Virus record (IMG/VR): IMGVR_UViG_3300042868_003730
Span: 1 to 64,000 of that record
Source of the DNA: a virus
Strand: one strand, 5' to 3'
Length of the DNA stretch: 64,000 bases
The position numbers were made by a program, and so were the translations under genes. This document shows, one piece after another, positions 44,903 to 54,565 of this stretch (its first letter is position 1; the number at the start of each line of letters is the position of its first letter). The notes beneath the pieces were generated by a model. That model saw only the letters and a list, made by a program, of their open reading frames with translations, ran no database searches and had not been told where the DNA came from.

Positions 44903-47761
44903 ATGAAAACATTCAAAGAACTGTTCGAAAAGAAACTAACTCCAGCTGAGTTAAAGAAGCGCGAAGAAATTGCTAAGGCAATGGAGCGTGAGAATCCAGG
45001 TATGGATATGGGCAAGAAGATGGCCATTGCTACTGCAGCTGCTAAGCGCGTAGCAGAAGAAACTGAAGTTGAAGAAGCATATATGTCCAGCGACCGCAGC
45101 AAGCAAATGTTTAAGCGTAATGAGTTGGACCACGAACTTAGGCATGAAGTAGAACCAAAGCGTTCTGAGCCTGCAGAACCACACGCTGTTCACATCAATG
45201 GTAAGAAGTGGAAAACATTTCCAACCAAGTCACACGCTACTAACGTCGCCAAGAAGATTGCTGGTGCTACTGTTGTAAAAGAATCAATTGATGAGGGCAA
45301 GATTCCGGAAATGAGATATTCGGAAGTGATGAAGAAGATTAAATCTGGAACACACGAAGCAACTCACGATGTCAAGCCAGGCAAGCATGTCGAACTTCGT
45401 CACATTGACTCAGGTAAAAAGACAACAGTTTATGTAAAAGAATCTTCGGAATTGGATGAAGCAACAGATCACCACGCTGACGCGATGGAACACAAGAAAC
45501 AATCTGACGCAGCAATGGATAAGAATGATATGGAAGCATATCATCACCATATGTCGGCTCATCATGAATCAATGGGTCAATGGCACGAGTCAAAGGGTCG
45601 CAGTTCTAATGCTGACAAAGAATACGAAAAAGCAGAAAAGCATCACGAACTAAGCCTGAAGAAATCAAATCAGAAAAACGAAGGAACCGAAATGTTATCA
45701 TTCAAGTATTTCCAGCAAGCACTGGTTGAAGCCAAGAAGAAATGCAAAGAATCTTCAGGTGAGATGGAAATTGCTCATGGTGAATTGCTAAACAAAGATG
45801 AAGATAATGGTAAAGAACTCGACGAAGAAGATGATTATGATAAAATGTTGAAAGACTTGATGAAGAAAGATGGCAAAAGACTTATGCAGAAATACTCTAC
45901 CGATGTTAAGAAGTCTAAAGACCTTGACAGCGGCAAAGAGCTCAAAAAACATATCAAGCAAAATCCAGATGTTGTAAAAACTTATTCAACAGCTGTCAAA
46001 AAAGACAAAAAGATGTATGAAGAAGTAGAGATTGATGAGCAAGCACCTGTTGCTCCAGTTCCTGGAATGAAAGATGGAAAGTACGCTATCATGGTTCATC
46101 CAGAATCAAAGCAGCGCGTGACGATCGAAAGAAAGAACAAGAAGAACTATCCAGCATCTGAAGGCTGGAAAGAAGTTGCTCCTGGTATCAAAGAATCAGT
46201 TGAACTTGATGAAGCAGAATTATTTTATCAGCATGCTAAGAAACTTATGGATCAAGGAAGAGATTCGCATAAGCCAAGTTCTGATGCGCCTTATGGTCGT
46301 ACTTTTCATGGTAATGCATACCACAATCCACCAGGAAAATCAAGATTACATGTGTTGGATAATGGTAAAAAAGTAAAGACAGTCCATGTTCCAGACGAAC
46401 ATATTGAAAAACTGGATACCAAGGGAAAACTTGAATGGCCAAATCATATGGACCCTACAATTGAGAAAAAGCATTTTGATGCATATGCGAAAACCAATTC
46501 CAAGCACATTAGTGAACCAGTTAAAGAATCAGTTGAAGAACTCGATGAAGCAGCAATTACGCACGTTGTCGCAAAGGACAAACTTGCTGCGCACAAAGAG
46601 TTTATGGACAAAGAAGGGTTTAAGGTAACAACAAAACCTCTACCAAAGAGCCACCCAAAACACGCCACCCATATGGGTATTGTTTCTAAGAATAGTCAGG
46701 AGTCTTCATATCACGAAGATGGAAATGCTCATTCTGTCAGCGAATCAGTTGAATTCGATGAATCCTACGACGAATTGAATATGCGTCACAAGTTTGTGTT
46801 TAATAAAACAGCTGCCGGAAAAGCACGTGAAGTGGCTCGTAATCGTGAAGAACTAAAGAGCCAAATGAAGAGACAAAGAGAAATGGGCGGCATTACTGGT
46901 CCTAAAGGTAAATTGCCAGAAGAAGTTGAACTAGACGAGATCTCTACTGCTACAATGAGTCATCAAGGTAAGACTACTCTGAAACATGTCAAGAATCCAG
47001 GTGTTCAACTGCGTATGGCTGCTCATGACATTAAGCCAGGTATCAAGGGATATCGCGATCGCGTTGCCCTTATGCACGCAGCTGATGCTGAAAAGAAGCT
47101 AAAGGAAGAAGTTGAACTGGATGAAGTTTCTCCATTCGACTGGAAAGCCTACGCAAAAGAAAAGGGAACTGCTTCTTCTAACAAGACAAAGACGTTTCAC
47201 GACGTAAAGAAAACTAGCACTGGTACTGTATACACCAAGCAAGTTAATCCAGACGGTACGAGCAAGGGTTCGGGCGATGATGCTGCTAAAACAGCTGAGA
47301 AAGCCGATGCTCCTAAGCGTGGTCGCGGTCGTCCTGCTGGTGTTGGTGCAAAGACTGGTTCTTACAAGCCACGTGATCCAGCGGCTAAGGCTGCGTCTGC
47401 TGCCAAAGCAGCTGCTAGCAAGGCAGCTAACCGCGCAATGCGCAAAGAAGAATTCGATAATGAGTTTATGGGAAGTTTGATTGAAGGTTTCGAGGATGAA
47501 GACTTTGACGAATTCCTATATTGCGAAGAATTTGACGAGTTGGATGAGGCAACGCAAGAAGCCCTGATCAATTTCATTAATGAAAAGAGCTGTGGTTCAT
47601 ACAAAATGAAAGAGTCTCTTACTGGTAAGCAACATAAACTAGATAAGAACAAGAATGGTAAGATCGACAGCCACGATTTCAAACTTCTTCGTAAAGAAGA
47701 AACTGAACAAGTCCAAGAAAGCGTAAATACATATGCTGCTTTCTTAACCAAGAAACAATAA
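44903..47761 (+). CDS. Large modular internal head protein (probable polyprotein)
   Basis: MKTFKELFE N-terminus; repeated (K)ESVELDE/EEVELDE linkers; AT-hook-like KRGRGRP; EF-hand-like DKNKNGKIDSHD. Confidence 0.75.
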   Translation: MKTFKELFEKKLTPAELKKREEIAKAMERENPGMDMGKKMAIATAAAKRVAEETEVEEAYMSSDRSKQMFKRNELDHELRHEVEPKRSEPAEPHAVHINGKKWKTFPTKSHATNVAKKIAGATVVKESIDEGKIPEMRYSEVMKKIKSGTHEATHDVKPGKHVELRHIDSGKKTTVYVKESSELDEATDHHADAMEHKKQSDAAMDKNDMEAYHHHMSAHHESMGQWHESKGRSSNADKEYEKAEKHHELSLKKSNQKNEGTEMLSFKYFQQALVEAKKKCKESSGEMEIAHGELLNKDEDNGKELDEEDDYDKMLKDLMKKDGKRLMQKYSTDVKKSKDLDSGKELKKHIKQNPDVVKTYSTAVKKDKKMYEEVEIDEQAPVAPVPGMKDGKYAIMVHPESKQRVTIERKNKKNYPASEGWKEVAPGIKESVELDEAELFYQHAKKLMDQGRDSHKPSSDAPYGRTFHGNAYHNPPGKSRLHVLDNGKKVKTVHVPDEHIEKLDTKGKLEWPNHMDPTIEKKHFDAYAKTNSKHISEPVKESVEELDEAAITHVVAKDKLAAHKEFMDKEGFKVTTKPLPKSHPKHATHMGIVSKNSQESSYHEDGNAHSVSESVEFDESYDELNMRHKFVFNKTAAGKAREVARNREELKSQMKRQREMGGITGPKGKLPEEVELDEISTATMSHQGKTTLKHVKNPGVQLRMAAHDIKPGIKGYRDRVALMHAADAEKKLKEEVELDEVSPFDWKAYAKEKGTASSNKTKTFHDVKKTSTGTVYTKQVNPDGTSKGSGDDAAKTAEKADAPKRGRGRPAGVGAKTGSYKPRDPAAKAASAAKAAASKAANRAMRKEEFDNEFMGSLIEGFEDEDFDEFLYCEEFDELDEATQEALINFINEKSCGSYKMKESLTGKQHKLDKNKNGKIDSHDFKLLRKEETEQVQESVNTYAAFLTKKQ

Positions 47762-47771
47762 GGAGACAATT

Positions 47772-49085
47772 ATGTCACTATGGGGAAATAAAGATACGGC
47801 AGCTGTAACTGGGTTGGTTGGTATCGTTGGAGCAACATACGGAACCACTACTACTGGTACTTCGGTAGCAGCAGCAGCTACTTATAACGTAACACAAAAA
47901 TCAGCTACTGGTGGTGGCACTGGTGGAACATTCACTATCGTTAAGACTGGTTCTGGTACATCATATAGTGGAGCCACTACTATCACTGGCGTTCTTCCAG
48001 TTAATGGTGGATACACTGCAAGCACTGTCGTTACCATTAGCGGTGCGCAACTTGGTGGCGCCGATGGTACGAATGATATGACATTTACTGTCAACACTCT
48101 ACCTACATCAGCTCTAACTGGCGCTGCTGGTACTTTTACTAATGCTGGTACTGCTGTTGCAGTAACACAAACATTCACTGGTTTAACACAAAAATCTGGT
48201 GGCACTACAACTGGAACTGGCGCAGTCTTTTCTGTCGCTCGTACAGGTGGTACAGCATATTCTTCTAATACAGTCGTTACAGTAACGACTCCAGGAACTG
48301 GATATGTTGCTGGTGATACAGTTAAGATTGATGGCGCATTACTTGGTGGCGTGACAGTAACAAATGATTTAACTGTTACAATTACTGCTGCTCCTACTGC
48401 ATTTACGCTTGAATTAAAAGAAGGCAGTTTCGTTGTTATTGCTGGCGTTAAGTATAAGATTCTTAAAATCAACAGCAATATTTCAGCTACTCTGACTAGT
48501 CTTTATGAGGCTGCTACAGTAACTGGTGGAACGATCACTGAGCATCTGGCACCAACTTTCCTTAGTCTAGCTGATGCTCGTAAGGCAGTATTCGTTTCGC
48601 AAGAAGAAGCTCTTCTGGCAACAAATAAAGCCAAGGGAATTAATGGTGCTGGTTGGTGGTTATTCAATGAGTACACTGATGCTGCTGGCAAAATTCGTTA
48701 CAAAACATCATGCCTTGTCGCTATGACTGTTCTTAATGCAGTTTCTGGTGACTCCGCTGCTACTGGTGAAGATCTGATCGCTTCGGATGCTGAGTCTGTT
48801 GTTACTATTGGCACTCAACCTGCTGCGCAGAATACTTCTAGTGGTGCAGCGACCTTCGGCGTTACTGCGTCGGCTACCTCTGGTACTCTGACCTATCAGT
48901 GGCAACGTGCTCTGGCAGCAACACCAACTCGTTTCACCAATATCTCTGGAGCAACTTCGGCTACTCGCGTACTATCTGGTCAGACCTCAGGCAACACCGG
49001 AGATCTATATCGCGTAGTTATTAGTACAGATGCTGGTGCAGCCAAGGTTACTTCTAATGCAGCTGCGTTGACATTCGTGTCTTAA
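47772..49085 (+). CDS. Thr/Gly-rich virion protein with C-terminal Ig-like domain
   Basis: MSLWG start, two internal repeats, TQP..LTYQWQ..YRVVI Ig-like pattern. Confidence 0.78.
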   Translation: MSLWGNKDTAAVTGLVGIVGATYGTTTTGTSVAAAATYNVTQKSATGGGTGGTFTIVKTGSGTSYSGATTITGVLPVNGGYTASTVVTISGAQLGGADGTNDMTFTVNTLPTSALTGAAGTFTNAGTAVAVTQTFTGLTQKSGGTTTGTGAVFSVARTGGTAYSSNTVVTVTTPGTGYVAGDTVKIDGALLGGVTVTNDLTVTITAAPTAFTLELKEGSFVVIAGVKYKILKINSNISATLTSLYEAATVTGGTITEHLAPTFLSLADARKAVFVSQEEALLATNKAKGINGAGWWLFNEYTDAAGKIRYKTSCLVAMTVLNAVSGDSAATGEDLIASDAESVVTIGTQPAAQNTSSGAATFGVTASATSGTLTYQWQRALAATPTRFTNISGATSATRVLSGQTSGNTGDLYRVVISTDAGAAKVTSNAAALTFVS

Positions 49086-49091
49086 TGATCG

Positions 49092-49463
49092 GTGATTAGT
49101 GAGAAGAACTTCTTGCAGCGTGCTCTGCGCTGCTATGATAATCCTCAGTGTATAACTCTGGATGAATTTCAAGAAGATCTGAATCGTTTTTCTCACATCA
49201 AGAAGATCATAACGAAGTACGTAGAAGGACAAGGCGAAATAAACGATCGCCTTGTCCTTAATCATTTGGTTACTTTGTTTAATGTTTTTGGTTTAGAGGC
49301 GTTATTATTTACTTTGTTCAAAGTAGAACAAAAACATTGGGGTGTTATTTTCCCATTTCTTATTCTTCTAAATAAGTTACCAGATTATATTCCTGAGTTA
49401 CAACTGGAAACAGCGGATATAGAACTGGATAAAAACATAATCGAGAAATTAAGGCAAATCTAA
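49092..49463 (+). CDS. Conserved T4-like hypothetical protein
   Basis: YDNPQC..EFQEDLNRF..RLVLNH..NVFG. Confidence 0.8.
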   Translation: MISEKNFLQRALRCYDNPQCITLDEFQEDLNRFSHIKKIITKYVEGQGEINDRLVLNHLVTLFNVFGLEALLFTLFKVEQKHWGVIFPFLILLNKLPDYIPELQLETADIELDKNIIEKLRQI

Positions 49464-50222
49464 ATGGCACGCATCGTAGACAATCTAGCAGCTCTTAGAG
49501 TAATTTGGTTGTTGGCCACACCATTCGAAAAGTTCGATGCATTCAAGCTGGGACTAATTGATGCTAATGGTGTTAAACTAAAGAAGGCAGAAACTTCTGA
49601 AGAGAGGAATGCCACCTCTATGTTACACCGCCTCGTCTGGAATCTAAAGCGTATCATCGCATTGGCTCCAGGAGGAAAAACTCGTATTGGTAGTTTAGTT
49701 GCCGCATACCTTCTTGTGAAGGAATCTGCTGAGAATGATTACGATGAGATGCAACTTGAAGAAGAGATTCTAAACAAGTTCCAGATTTATAGAAACATTC
49801 ACTTTATTGAAGAAGAAGTGATTGTAGAAGAAGCATTACTTGCATTATTTGAAGACGCACCCGCGAATGTAACTGGTGCTGCGGTCAGTACTGATATTCC
49901 TGTAGTCAGACCGAAAAATGCAAAAAGAAAGTTCGCCTCGTTTGATGTTGATGACGATACGTTTTCTAAATTCAAAAATGGTAAAGCAAAATTCCGTAAA
50001 TGGAGTTCGTATCTAAATCTTGAAGATGATTCTCACAAAGAGATTCATAAGTATGCCAAGAAGAACCCACGTGGTATTCTAGTTATCAAAGACTCCAAGG
50101 GAAATATGAAGGGTATTCGTTACTCAAGAACTGGCGGTGGGAATTGGCATAATGTAAAAAGGAAATCAACTGTCACTGGGTCAATGCAACAAGAATATTT
50201 AACTGTTGAGCGTATCATATGA
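49464..50222 (+). CDS. Conserved T4-like hypothetical (virion) protein
   Basis: PFEKFDAFKLGLID.NG, RLVWNLKR, EDAPAN. Confidence 0.78.
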   Translation: MARIVDNLAALRVIWLLATPFEKFDAFKLGLIDANGVKLKKAETSEERNATSMLHRLVWNLKRIIALAPGGKTRIGSLVAAYLLVKESAENDYDEMQLEEEILNKFQIYRNIHFIEEEVIVEEALLALFEDAPANVTGAAVSTDIPVVRPKNAKRKFASFDVDDDTFSKFKNGKAKFRKWSSYLNLEDDSHKEIHKYAKKNPRGILVIKDSKGNMKGIRYSRTGGGNWHNVKRKSTVTGSMQQEYLTVERII

Positions 50223-50704
50223 TCAGAATCTATATAATCTGTGGAATTGTGGCAGCGGCTCTTCTTGGCCTCTACGCTGTATTCTCTTTCGGTAGATCGT
50301 ATGAACGCACAGAATGGGAATTGAAATACGCCGAAGCAGCAGCAGAAATTAAAGAACTAGAATCTAAAGCAGCTGAAGTTAGTAATGTCGTAGTTACTAA
50401 GTATGTTAATAAGATTCAATACGTTGATAAAGTAAAGATCCAGACAGTTACACAATTCGTGTCGAGTGAGTCAGACAAGTCCTGTGTTATAAATAATGGA
50501 TTCGTGAATGTGCATAATGCTGCCGCAGCTGCTAGTGCTATCGTGGCAAGTGATACAGACAAAGACCAGTCTCAGATCAAACTAAGTAATGTTGCTTCTG
50601 TGGTGGTCGATAACTACGCTGAGTGTAATAAAACCAAATTGCAGTTGGAATCACTTCAAGGATGGGTTCGTGACCAACAAACTTTATGGAATACCACTAA
50701 ATGA
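50219..50704 (+). CDS. Inner-membrane spanin (Rz-like)
   Basis: N-terminal TM, coiled coil, followed by overlapping lipoprotein gene. Confidence 0.7.
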   Translation: MIRIYIICGIVAAALLGLYAVFSFGRSYERTEWELKYAEAAAEIKELESKAAEVSNVVVTKYVNKIQYVDKVKIQTVTQFVSSESDKSCVINNGFVNVHNAAAAASAIVASDTDKDQSQIKLSNVASVVVDNYAECNKTKLQLESLQGWVRDQQTLWNTTK

Positions 50705-50886
50705 AATCTCTGTTTTGTGCTATTTGTCTAGTTCTTTTGGTTGGTTGTGGGGGAACAACAATCCCTGTTATTAAACAAAAGTTTCCTGATCCTCCGGAGT
50801 TACTAATGGCTCCAGTACCTGAACTAAAGAAGTTAGGGGAGACTACTCCAGCTGTAGAACCTAAGAAGTTAGATAAACTCTCATAA
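50701..50886 (+). CDS. Outer-membrane spanin lipoprotein (Rz1-like)
   Basis: LLVGC lipobox, Pro-rich FPDPPELLM. Confidence 0.72.
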   Translation: MKSLFCAICLVLLVGCGGTTIPVIKQKFPDPPELLMAPVPELKKLGETTPAVEPKKLDKLS

Positions 50887-50889
50887 GCA

Positions 50890-50930
50890 CAGTTGAATTA
50901 TACCTGGTAAGAAACAAGTGTAAAATAAAC
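50890..50930 (-). promoter_or_regulatory. Antisense sigma70-type promoter-like repeat (copy 2)
   Basis: Minus strand TTTACA-16nt-TATAAT; near-identical to 30051..30092. Confidence 0.55.
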
Positions 50931-50949
50931 TTTGCACGATAAACTTTAG

Positions 50950-50978
50950 TTTACTTTTCGTTATGGTGGGGGCATAAT
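50950..50978 (+). promoter_or_regulatory. Early promoter of primase
   Basis: TTTACT-17nt-CATAAT. Confidence 0.7.
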
Positions 50979-50984
50979 TACACT

Positions 50985-52004
50985 ATGTCCTTACTTTTCA
51001 TTGATCGCAAATTCGCCAGACTCCTCGGAGCAAGGCTTCTTAACTTTAAGGAAAAGAAGCCAGATCTTTTCACGTTCTCCCATACGTGTGAAGATCGCTC
51101 TCACAGTAAAGTCAAGGCACGCGGATACATCTACCGCCAAGAAAACTCCCTCTATGTCAAGTGCCACCATTGTAGTCTGAGCCACAAACTCTCTACATTC
51201 CTACAACAGGAATGCCCTACTCTGGCTGATGAATACCGTCTTGAGATGTATAAAGAGAAGGTTAACTCTGGTCAACTAACTCAAAGAGTTCCTGAGCGGA
51301 AAGAAGTCATCATACCTAAGGTCTCTCTTGACTCGGTTCTGGATGGATTGATAGCACTATCTACATTACCAAAGAGTCATCCTGCTGTTCTTTATGCAAA
51401 GAAAAGAGCAATCCCTGAAGAACACTACAAGAGCATTTTCTTTTGTCCGAAATTCTTTAAGTATGCAGTAAAGTATAAGGATTCCTTTGCGAAAATGAAG
51501 GAAGATTATCCTAGACTGGTCTTCCCTTATTTTGATGCAAATGGTCGTGTGTATGCCCTGACAGCAAGAGCATTCGGTAATGAAGAACCAAAGTATATCT
51601 TTCTATCTATCGATGAACGCAAGGAAAACATTTATGGAATCTGGAGAATTGATGCTAGCAAACCTATTATCGCAGTTGAGGGACAAATTGACAGTCTTTG
51701 TGTCGACAATGCCATTGCAGTGGGTGGAGCCGACTATAATTCTGCTCTTCTTCGGTCTCTTCAGTCTAATCTGATTATTGTTCCGGATAATGACTTCATA
51801 AGAAACAAACAAGTCGCTGATTCAGTTATGAAGGCTATTAAGGCTGGATATTCTGTCTCTCTTTTCCCTGCTTCATTTAGGTATAAAGATATCAATGAAG
51901 CAACGAAGAAGATGACAAAGCAAGAAATTCAAACAATCATTCTAGATAATGTAAAGCGTGGTGCTGAAGCAGAACTAGAACTTATTTTCCGCAGGAAGTG
52001 TTAA
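50985..52004 (+). CDS. 61: DNA primase (T4 gp61-like)
   Basis: KARGY, CHHC zinc site, RLVFP, VEGQIDSL, PDND, KDINE TOPRIM motifs. Confidence 0.93.
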   Translation: MSLLFIDRKFARLLGARLLNFKEKKPDLFTFSHTCEDRSHSKVKARGYIYRQENSLYVKCHHCSLSHKLSTFLQQECPTLADEYRLEMYKEKVNSGQLTQRVPERKEVIIPKVSLDSVLDGLIALSTLPKSHPAVLYAKKRAIPEEHYKSIFFCPKFFKYAVKYKDSFAKMKEDYPRLVFPYFDANGRVYALTARAFGNEEPKYIFLSIDERKENIYGIWRIDASKPIIAVEGQIDSLCVDNAIAVGGADYNSALLRSLQSNLIIVPDNDFIRNKQVADSVMKAIKAGYSVSLFPASFRYKDINEATKKMTKQEIQTIILDNVKRGAEAELELIFRRKC

Positions 52005-52014
52005 AGGGTATAAT

Positions 52015-52389
52015 ATGAATGTAACTACGTGGGCAAAAGAATATCCATTTATCTCGGATGTATTCGATATGGTTAGTTTTGATCTTATTCGGCTGAGTAA
52101 TGATGAAGATGATATGTTGTATACTATCTTGGTACGCTATGTTATTCTCGATCAGGCACAAGAGAAAGTCACTGGTGGTGTAACTGTTCAGACTGGTATG
52201 TCTGGTTCTACGTTTCTAGAATGCGCAGAGTTGCTTGATCGTCTGGTGAATATTGGATTCTTTAATCAGGCAGTTAGTTCTTATGGTGTGGTTTATTCTG
52301 AAGATATGGAAAAACTCGATGAACTGGATTGGAATAATATCTTGTTGGTCTCTAGTACTTTGATACCAGAACATACAACTATCCAGTGA
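52015..52389 (+). CDS. Hypothetical protein
   Basis: ORF track. Confidence 0.65.
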   Translation: MNVTTWAKEYPFISDVFDMVSFDLIRLSNDEDDMLYTILVRYVILDQAQEKVTGGVTVQTGMSGSTFLECAELLDRLVNIGFFNQAVSSYGVVYSEDMEKLDELDWNNILLVSSTLIPEHTTIQ

Positions 52390-52427
52390 GATCTAAATAA
52401 AAACCCAACCATATTAGGAGATCAAAT

Positions 52428-52778
52428 ATGAACAGAATTGAAATAGGAAATGTCGAAAACATTATGTGTGATGGCGACGCACTTCTCAAATTGTTTAAGA
52501 GTTGTGTTGGAGATAACCTCGGTGATTTTGTTTTTGTTCTTCCAGAAGGTTCTTCTGAGTTGTCAAGAACGATGTTTGATAACTTTATCAATAACATGAA
52601 TTTTGAGTTTAAGCGTGTTTCCAAAGATATTAGAATTCATCGAACAGAAATTAAAGTTCCTGCTCCAGTAGTTGAACCAGTGATTGATGTGATCCCAGAA
52701 GTAGTTCCTGAGCCAGAACCAGAAGTAGTTCCTGAGACAGAAGTAACACCAACGCAAACACCAAAGAGAAAGAGATAA
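52428..52778 (+). CDS. Hypothetical protein with Pro/Glu-rich tail
   Basis: CTAAATA at 52393, AGGAG SD, PEVVPE repeats. Confidence 0.7.
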   Translation: MNRIEIGNVENIMCDGDALLKLFKSCVGDNLGDFVFVLPEGSSELSRTMFDNFINNMNFEFKRVSKDIRIHRTEIKVPAPVVEPVIDVIPEVVPEPEPEVVPETEVTPTQTPKRKR

Positions 52779-52779
52779 T

Positions 52780-54564
52780 ATGATCATTGACTATAGCCGC
52801 GATTCCCTCTTTGATGTACTGGGATTACGTCGCTTAAAAGATTCTTACATGCGGGAAGATGAGACTTCTCCTCAGGATAGATTCGCATACGTCTCTAAGG
52901 CATTCGGCAGTAATGATGCCCACGCACAGAGACTCTATGATTATTCAAGCAAACATTGGCTTAGTTATTCCACACCAATCCTTTCCTTCGGAAGAAACAA
53001 GAAGGGATTGCCAATCAGCTGCTACTTGAATTACCTCGATGATACTGCAGAGGGATTGGTTGATAATCTGTCTGAAACCAACTGGCTCTCTATGATGGGT
53101 GGTGGCGTTGGTATCCACGTTGGTATTCGTGGGTCAGATGACAAGTCCGTTGGTGTGATGCCTCACTTGAAGGTATATGATGCTAGCTCGCTGGCATTTA
53201 AGCAGGGCACAACTCGTCGTGGTTCTTATGCGGCATATCTGGATATCTCTCACCCAGATATTATTCAATTCCTTGAGATGCGTAAGCCAACTGGTGATCA
53301 GAATATGCGCACTCTGAATTTGAACCACGCTATCAACATCAGTGATAAGTTTATGGATATCATTGAGCGTTGTATGCTTGACCCAGAGACTGATGATCGA
53401 TGGGATCTGGTTCAACCACACAATGGTCGAGTAGTTGAGACTGTTTCGGCAAAAGAACTGTGGATGCGTTTGCTTGAGATTCGTATGCAGACAGGAGAAC
53501 CATATATTTGGTTCAATGATACTGCTAATCGTGCACTACCAGAATATCAAAAGGCTCTTGGCCTAAAGATCAATGGTTCGAATCTTTGCTCAGAGATTGC
53601 ACTTGCTACTTCTGAAGATCGCACGGCAGTTTGCTGCTTGTCCTCAGTGAATCTTGAATACTATGATGATTGGAAAGATGATCCACAGTTCTTGTCAGAT
53701 GTTCTTGAGATGCTTGATAATGTGGTTCAGTACTTTATTCATAATGCACCAGATGAAATTGGTCGTGCTCGTTACTCAGCAATGAGAGAGCGTTCAGTTG
53801 GAGTTGGTGCTCTGGGATTCCATGCCTACCTACAGAAGAACAATATTGCCTTTGAGGGTGTTCTTGCTAAGAGTATGAACAACAAGATGTTCTCGTATAT
53901 TCGTAAGCAACTTGATGCAGCGAATGTTCGTTTGGCAGAGGAACGCGGTTCGTGTCCAGATGCTGAAGAGGCTGGAGTTAAGCAACGTCTGACTCATGTC
54001 ATGGCAGTTGCTCCTAATGCATCTAGTTCAATTATTATGGGTAATACCAGCCCAAGCATTGAGCCATATGCAGCCAATGCTTACAGACAAGATACTTCTT
54101 CCGGTGCATTCATTACCAAGAATCGTTTCCTTGATGCTATTATCAAGAAAGAAGCACAGTCGAGAAAAGATGGTTGGTATGATGAGGTCTGGGCTAATAT
54201 CATTGCTGATGATGGCTCGGTGCAGAATCTAGACTGGATGGATGAGAATACTAAGTATGTATACAAGACTTCCTTTGAGATTGACCAACGTTGGATTATT
54301 GAACACGCAGCTGATCGCCAGAATTATATCGATCAGGCTCAGAGCGTGAATCTATTCTTTAGGCCAGATGTCAACGTGAAGTATCTTCATGCTGTTCACT
54401 TTATGGCATGGAAGCATTCATTGAAGAGTCTTTACTATTGCCGTAGCACTAAGTTGCGCAAGGCAGATAAGGTTGGACAGAAGATTGTTCGCCAAAGAAT
54501 TGAAGAAGACATCGACCTACAACAAGTCGCAGAAGGCAGCAGCTGTCTTGCGTGCGAGGGATAA
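52780..54564 (+). CDS. nrdA: Class I ribonucleotide reductase alpha subunit (no ATP cone)
   Basis: ISC, GGGVG, SNLCSEI, APNASSS, SLYY, C-terminal CLACEG. Confidence 0.96.
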   Translation: MIIDYSRDSLFDVLGLRRLKDSYMREDETSPQDRFAYVSKAFGSNDAHAQRLYDYSSKHWLSYSTPILSFGRNKKGLPISCYLNYLDDTAEGLVDNLSETNWLSMMGGGVGIHVGIRGSDDKSVGVMPHLKVYDASSLAFKQGTTRRGSYAAYLDISHPDIIQFLEMRKPTGDQNMRTLNLNHAINISDKFMDIIERCMLDPETDDRWDLVQPHNGRVVETVSAKELWMRLLEIRMQTGEPYIWFNDTANRALPEYQKALGLKINGSNLCSEIALATSEDRTAVCCLSSVNLEYYDDWKDDPQFLSDVLEMLDNVVQYFIHNAPDEIGRARYSAMRERSVGVGALGFHAYLQKNNIAFEGVLAKSMNNKMFSYIRKQLDAANVRLAEERGSCPDAEEAGVKQRLTHVMAVAPNASSSIIMGNTSPSIEPYAANAYRQDTSSGAFITKNRFLDAIIKKEAQSRKDGWYDEVWANIIADDGSVQNLDWMDENTKYVYKTSFEIDQRWIIEHAADRQNYIDQAQSVNLFFRPDVNVKYLHAVHFMAWKHSLKSLYYCRSTKLRKADKVGQKIVRQRIEEDIDLQQVAEGSSCLACEG

Positions 54565-54565
54565 A

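Noticed and set aside
40050-48478. Long minus-strand ORFs 40050..40508, 42751..43227, 47362..47769, 47882..48478
   Set aside because: Shadows of Gly/Thr/Ala-rich sense genes; no SD or recognisable motifs
41042-49085. Diversity-generating retroelement acting on fibre genes
   Set aside because: No reverse transcriptase and no near-identical template/variable repeat pair seen in this window
54473-54565. Long nrdA/nrdB overlap or frameshift fusion suggested by the ORF track
   Set aside because: nrdA ends normally at CLACEG*, and an ATG at 54566 with upstream GAGG gives a normal NrdB
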